Assembly (NCBI GenBank): GCA_035299465.1
Contig: DATGWN010000075.1
Span: 1-31,370 of the forward strand
Direction of reading: 5' to 3'
Length of the DNA stretch: 31,370 nucleotides
Source of the DNA: Acidobacteriota bacterium
GTDB lineage: Archaea > Nanobdellota > Nanobdellia > Woesearchaeales > DATGWN01
Shown: in pieces, positions 27,053 through 31,370 of the stretch
Layout of the letters: each line of letters begins with the position of its first letter
Numbering within the stretch: position 1 is the first letter of the stretch
Program-made: the position numbers and the translations under genes
Notes under the pieces: generated by a model
Database searches by the model: none
The model's input: only the letters and a program-made list of their open reading frames with translations
Told to the model about the DNA's origin: nothing

Positions 27053-27621
27053 GAAATTTCATCCTCGTATCGGCAAAAGGAAGAACGCGCGCAGACTGGT
27101 CAGACTTAATGCACGCAGGCAGATTAGACATCGTTTGCCACGCCGTGATCTCAGCGCTGTACACTAGTAATGCCGTCAGAGATGACGTACAAATAGATAT
27201 CTCACTCAACGGACCGCCGATACCGCCATTACTGATTACGATTCAAAATCACCCAGAAGCAACACTCTCAAAAAAAGATATCGGTACGCTCATTAAAATC
27301 GCACAAAGAAAATTTCGTGAAGGCGAGCGACGCGAAGCACACCCTGGTGTCTTTGTAGAGAAGAAGTCTTGGCAAGCACTTGTAAACGAAGCAAACGATA
27401 CAGGAAAAAAAGTATTCTATCTAGATAGTGATGGTGAAGACGTCGCCACAGCAGACATTCCGGCAGACGCTACCTTCGTTATCGGCGATCACGACGGATT
27501 TGAAAAACATGATGTAAAATTCCTCAAGTCCCGTGCAACACCGATTAGCATCGGAAAACGAGTGTATTTCACATCCCAAGTAATTTCCTTCCTCAACATC
27601 TGGATGGACAGAAAAGCTTGA
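27049..27621 (+). CDS. trmY: tRNA (pseudouridine54-N1)-methyltransferase TrmY (SPOUT, COG1901)
   Basis: 'MRNFILVSAKGRTRADWSDLMHAGRLDIVCHAV...LNGPPIPPL' and 'FVIGDHDGF' match the TrmY N-terminal and C-terminal signatures. Confidence 0.7.
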   Translation: MRNFILVSAKGRTRADWSDLMHAGRLDIVCHAVISALYTSNAVRDDVQIDISLNGPPIPPLLITIQNHPEATLSKKDIGTLIKIAQRKFREGERREAHPGVFVEKKSWQALVNEANDTGKKVFYLDSDGEDVATADIPADATFVIGDHDGFEKHDVKFLKSRATPISIGKRVYFTSQVISFLNIWMDRKA

Positions 27622-27676
27622 CGTTATATAACGAATAGACCCAACATACAAATATTCTCAGATCAATATATGTGTC

Positions 27677-28027
27677 ATGAACCCACTAGACACCCTCAAG
27701 TACGAGAAAGGAAACCATTTAGAAGCATTGCTCAAAGAATGCATCACTGACAATAGGGCCCATGCGTACATCGTGAATGAAAAGGACAAAGATCATTTAT
27801 TCTTCAGCGGATATGGAACGTGGAAGGACAGAAGTTTAGAAAATCAATTCATTTACGGCGTCATGGAGAATACCATAACAAAGCGAACATATCATTGCAG
27901 AGTGCAAAGCCCCTTATCATGGCCGCACATGATGGATAGAATCTGGGGCATGGATATCGAGGATCTTGGTGCGTACCAGCTCATGATGGATAGACTCGCA
28001 CAAGAGACAAATGAGTTTACGCAATAG
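27677..28027 (+). CDS. Hypothetical protein (116 aa)
   Basis: An ORF with no motif I recognise. Confidence 0.4.
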   Translation: MNPLDTLKYEKGNHLEALLKECITDNRAHAYIVNEKDKDHLFFSGYGTWKDRSLENQFIYGVMENTITKRTYHCRVQSPLSWPHMMDRIWGMDIEDLGAYQLMMDRLAQETNEFTQ

Positions 28028-28075
28028 TTTTTTCCAATGGGAATTTTTTCAGAATGTCGACCATTTGCCAAATAA

Positions 28076-28390
28076 TTAACCAATACTCACTAAACTCAAA
28101 CTTTGAGTGGAAATTTGGGTCAATATTATTAAAAAAATGACTAACAAAAGAAATTGAAAGATGAGGCCGACAATACCCATTGAAAGGCCAGCAATAGCCA
28201 AACCTGTTACGCCACTCTTTCGTTGAACATAGAAAAATACGATTGCCAGTATACCAAAAATAATTCCTATAAAGGGAATGAACGACAAAAGTCCCATAAC
28301 AAATGCTGCTATCCCAAAACCAATAGATTGAACTGTCTTAATCGAACCCTTATGAGATGTGGTCTGTTTTTCGGCAGCTTGGATACTCAT
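28076..28390 (-). CDS. Small membrane protein (2-3 TM)
   Basis: Highly hydrophobic with Gly/Ile-rich helices. Confidence 0.45.
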   Translation of the reverse strand: MSIQAAEKQTTSHKGSIKTVQSIGFGIAAFVMGLLSFIPFIGIIFGILAIVFFYVQRKSGVTGLAIAGLSMGIVGLIFQFLLLVIFLIILTQISTQSLSLVSIG

Positions 28391-28437
28391 ACAGTATATT
28401 TTTTTAAACTATTTAATAAGTGTATTATTACATAACT

Positions 28438-29472
28438 TTAGCCAAAAAACGCGTTCAACCCTTTCTGGGCGCTCGTAGAAGTTTTCTTTTTTACATCAGC
28501 AAGCGTCGATTTGACACGATCGGCATTGAATTCAAACTTGCCAACCAACAAATCAATAATAGCAGCTTCATTTACCGGTTTCCACTCAAGTTTGTAATCC
28601 GTGACTGCAGGCATATTTTCAAATAAGTCATACACGTCATGCCAAGAATGTGTAAAGAATTTTTCCCATCCGGCCTGGGCGAACATGACATCATAATCCG
28701 TCGTTGATTTTACCATTTTTAGTGCAGTCTTTGGACCGATGCCCTTAATTCCGCCTACATTAAAATCCGTTCCGACAAGAATTGACAATACAATAAGTTG
28801 CTTTCTGTCAATGCCCAATTCGTTGAGCACGTCTGACAATGTTACAACCTGAGGGCTGACGTATTCGAAAGTGACTTTGGAGACTTTTTTGCGCCGACCT
28901 AATATGGACAGATTCCGCACGACTTTAGGCGCGCCAAATAATAACGCGTCAGTGTCCTGCGACGCAATAAAATCGACATCGCCGCGTTTTGCCATGATTG
29001 CCGCTTGAGCTTCTCCTTCACTAGGAGCTTGGATAACCGGTACGCCCAACGCAACCAACAATGCCTTTGCGTCAACAACCATCTCTGGTGTCAATCGCAT
29101 CGTACGTGACGCGAATTTCTTCATGCCGTCAATATCTTCTCGCTCTTTGGCAATATTATATTCTTTTTGTGCAGCCGCTTTGAGAGCGCTTCGACGCTCA
29201 ATTTCTTTTGATTTTAATTCAGGATGCTCACCATCAAAAACATACACGCACTTGATACCTGCTTGCATTAATTTCGTCGTTCGAGCAAACAATCCAACAA
29301 GATGGCTAGTGACATTTCCTTTCGAATCTGTAAGAAGTGAACCATCAGGACCTCGCATCACCGCAAGAAATTGATATAAGAAATTAAACGCGTCAATCGC
29401 TATAGTCTTTCCGGACAATTCGTCTAATGTGATTGCCTTTCCTTCGACAAAATCTGTTAACGCTACTCCCAT
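28438..29472 (-). CDS. fen: Flap endonuclease 1 (FEN-1) with C-terminal PIP box
   Basis: 'MGVALTDFV...IAIDAFNFLYQFLA', 'VYVFDGEHPELK', H3TH 'GTDFNVGGIKGIGPKTALKMVK', and a C-terminal 'QKGLNAFFG' (QxxLxxFF). Confidence 0.9.
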   Translation of the reverse strand: MGVALTDFVEGKAITLDELSGKTIAIDAFNFLYQFLAVMRGPDGSLLTDSKGNVTSHLVGLFARTTKLMQAGIKCVYVFDGEHPELKSKEIERRSALKAAAQKEYNIAKEREDIDGMKKFASRTMRLTPEMVVDAKALLVALGVPVIQAPSEGEAQAAIMAKRGDVDFIASQDTDALLFGAPKVVRNLSILGRRKKVSKVTFEYVSPQVVTLSDVLNELGIDRKQLIVLSILVGTDFNVGGIKGIGPKTALKMVKSTTDYDVMFAQAGWEKFFTHSWHDVYDLFENMPAVTDYKLEWKPVNEAAIIDLLVGKFEFNADRVKSTLADVKKKTSTSAQKGLNAFFG

Positions 29473-29512
29473 ACGAGAAAAAAGACCCTGGAGGTATAAA
29501 AGACTTACGAAC

Positions 29513-29917
29513 TTAAGCGACGTTTTGAATAGCGTCAGTATCTACTTTGCTAGGTTTGTAATGACCAAGAATTCTGTGCATTTCATCAGGACGGCGTACC
29601 GCCATAATTTCTAATGGCGATGGCTTCTTTTCTCGATAAGCCAGGCGATATCCGACATTATATCCGCGGTCAAAGAAATCTTGCATCGCATCACCTACTG
29701 GTATAGGTTTACCGAATTTGACATAGTGATGCCAAGGGTGCGTTGTATCCTTTTCTGCTCGTTCAGTCTCATACCAGCGGTGGTTGAAGACTTCAATCAT
29801 CTGTCCGTAGAGAAAAACTGCTAAAGGATAATCTTCAGAATCTGATGTGAGCGACTGTATCTTACGCATCATCCCCGTAAGCATTTTATCGTGTTCTACA
29901 AAATAATTGTCAATCAT
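29513..29917 (-). CDS. Hypothetical protein (134 aa)
   Basis: An ORF preceded by a TATA-like 'TTTTTAAA' (29947-29954) about 33 nt upstream. Confidence 0.45.
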   Translation of the reverse strand: MIDNYFVEHDKMLTGMMRKIQSLTSDSEDYPLAVFLYGQMIEVFNHRWYETERAEKDTTHPWHHYVKFGKPIPVGDAMQDFFDRGYNVGYRLAYREKKPSPLEIMAVRRPDEMHRILGHYKPSKVDTDAIQNVA

Positions 29918-29970
29918 TTGTTAAGGAGTACCCAGTAACATCTTGCATTTTTAAACATACGGGTCATTTT

Positions 29971-29986
29971 TTGGTATGTTTATACC
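29971..29986 (-). terminator. Hairpin (TGGTAT-gttt-ATACCA) flanked by T-runs downstream of the 30015 gene
   Basis: A perfect 6-bp inverted repeat. On the minus-strand RNA, 'TTTTT' lies just after the stop and 'AAAAAA' after the hairpin. Confidence 0.3.
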
Positions 29987-30014
29987 AAATTGACCCAAAA
30001 ACGAGGTAAAGCGC

Positions 30015-31127
30015 CTATAATTGTACGACGATAAGGCCGGCGAAGTCTGTTTTAAGCATCTCATTTGCTTTCTTATTCAGTTCGCCATATGATATATAAA
30101 CAGCAGGAAGACGTACGAGTTGACCCTTGACTACCGCCTGACTCAAATCAGCTTCGGTGGATTTCTTTTTTTTCTTCGCTTTTGCGTAATACGTCACATT
30201 GCCTAAAGCCGTCGGCACAACGATTCGCAAATCAAGCTCGGATTTTTTCTTAACGATGTCAGCAGAAATAACCACAATATCTTTCTCTGCCAATTTTCCT
30301 TTGAGTTCGTCTAAGAATTCGTCAACAGGAAGAGGATGAGCATATCCAGGCATCGGCGATTGGTGGGATTGCATGTGATTTTGCGTCTGCATATGTGATG
30401 TCTGAGTAGGCGAAATAGGCGAAACTACTTTTTTTGCAGGCTTTTGTGCAACCGGCGCAGGCGTTTGTGGACGAGAATCAGAAGTCATCTTTTGCTGCAA
30501 CGATTTCGCTTCTGGCATTACCTGAGTCTCTTTTTTAGGTGCAGCAGTTTCTTTCACCGTCTCCTTCACAGAAGCTTCCTTTACAGAAGCTGTCTCATTC
30601 TTCGCATATCGCGGCGCAAGAATATTAGTGATCAATTGTTGTGAAGCAGCATCAGGAGTCAAATACCATTTCCAGAATAAAACCGTGGAGTCCGGCGTTG
30701 TTACGTTTAACGGAATTGCAAAATCCTTGAGTGATCGTAAACACGCGCGTACAAGCGGCGTCTGCTCGACATCTTCCAAAACCTGAGCAGCTTTCAATAA
30801 ATCGAAAGCACGACGGTCTTTTTCGTTGAGATGCGGATAGATTTTTTGGATTAGTTCAGTCTGTTCTTCAGTATAATATAATGGCGAACCGCCCCATTTT
30901 GCATTCGTATACTTGAGCTTTTTTTCTGCAATAAGTGTACTCAGCATCGCACCGATGATCATAGAATTCTGACCCGTACGTGAAGTAAGATCAGTAGGAA
31001 GCACAGGGCCATATTCGCGGACGAGTGCGAGCAATTGGTCTTGCGTGATAACAGGCATGAATAGAGTTATCAAAGATGCGTTTAAATACGTTTGGATAGG
31101 TTTAAAGCCACGACCAAATTCCCTCAT
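30015..31127 (-). CDS. Hypothetical protein with N-terminal winged-helix-like domain, K/E-rich repetitive linker and conserved-looking C-terminal domain; probable true start Met24 (31058)
   Basis: A TATA-like 'TTTAAATA' (31081-31088) sits 26 nt upstream of the ATG at 31058. The linker is 'KEASVKETVKETAAPKKETQ', and there is a poly-K 'AKAKKKKKS'. Confidence 0.5.
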   Translation of the reverse strand: MREFGRGFKPIQTYLNASLITLFMPVITQDQLLALVREYGPVLPTDLTSRTGQNSMIIGAMLSTLIAEKKLKYTNAKWGGSPLYYTEEQTELIQKIYPHLNEKDRRAFDLLKAAQVLEDVEQTPLVRACLRSLKDFAIPLNVTTPDSTVLFWKWYLTPDAASQQLITNILAPRYAKNETASVKEASVKETVKETAAPKKETQVMPEAKSLQQKMTSDSRPQTPAPVAQKPAKKVVSPISPTQTSHMQTQNHMQSHQSPMPGYAHPLPVDEFLDELKGKLAEKDIVVISADIVKKKSELDLRIVVPTALGNVTYYAKAKKKKKSTEADLSQAVVKGQLVRLPAVYISYGELNKKANEMLKTDFAGLIVVQL

Positions 31128-31166
31128 GCGATGTGGCCTGAAGAAATCGCATTATCCTGTAGACTC

Positions 31167-31370
31167 TTAGAACGATTTACCATTCGGACCTGCTTGAATA
31201 TCGGCAGCGAAGGAAAGAATTACAGGCACAATCGCCAGCCATGGAATAAGAATCTTGATGATTTTCTCGAACAACGAAACGTCAGAGTTCATACACTCGA
31301 TATCGACCCGCAAGCATCGCCCACGTACGTAGCCGACATAAGCGAAGCAAACGCAGGCCTCAATATCGCA
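31167..31370 (-). CDS. Possible 3' end of a membrane-protein gene running off the window (no start in window)
   Basis: The minus frame is open from the window edge to TAA at 31167-31169 and ends '...KIIKILIPWLAIVPVILSFAADIQAGPNGKSF'. Confidence 0.25.
   Translation of the reverse strand, partial: CDIEACVCFAYVGYVRGRCLRVDIECMNSDVSLFEKIIKILIPWLAIVPVILSFAADIQAGPNGKSF

Noticed and set aside
1-31370. Search for tRNA/rRNA genes, CRISPR arrays, IS elements or integrases
   Set aside because: No cloverleaf-compatible intergenic segments. No regularly spaced direct repeats with spacers. No transposase or integrase-like ORFs. Every intergenic region is under 150 bp.

Overview
This window reads as an archaeal chromosomal segment of roughly 42% GC, possibly from a small-genome or DPANN-like lineage. 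The lineage call rests on archaeal hallmarks: FEN-1 with a C-terminal PCNA-binding motif (PIP box), full-length Hef (helicase + ERCC4 nuclease + HhH2), a Zn-ribbon MBF1-type factor, and TrmY. Genes are tightly packed, often with ATGA start/stop overlaps, and I see no tRNA, rRNA, CRISPR or transposase/integrase signatures.

- **1 to about 4.5 kb:** a glycosylation cluster with a GT1/GT4 fragment, two polytopic membrane proteins and a GT2 enzyme.
- **4.56 to 12.02 kb:** a minus-strand unit of three secreted proteins. It contains a Cys-rich 244-aa protein and two giant, repeat-rich proteins that resemble phage tail fibres. One of these carries a C-terminal domain resembling the self-cleaving chaperone of phage tail spikes (peptidase S74-like). 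This is the most unusual part of the window.
- **12.1 to 22.5 kb:** housekeeping genes, including a class Ia aminoacyl-tRNA synthetase (probably ValRS), CysRS, a stomatin homologue and Hef.
- **22.6 to 26.04 kb:** a five-gene minus-strand operon with overlapping starts and stops. It encodes a P-loop ATPase, a CYTH-like candidate, a 2-phosphoglycerate-kinase-like protein, a SAM methyltransferase and a Pol-beta-fold nucleotidyltransferase with an OB-like C-terminal region. Its intergenic region is shared with a divergently oriented wHTH regulator and holds repeated ACTAAT motifs. This is my best candidate for an undescribed nucleic-acid or nucleotide modification system.
- **26.2 to 31.37 kb:** TrmY, FEN-1 and several hypotheticals.
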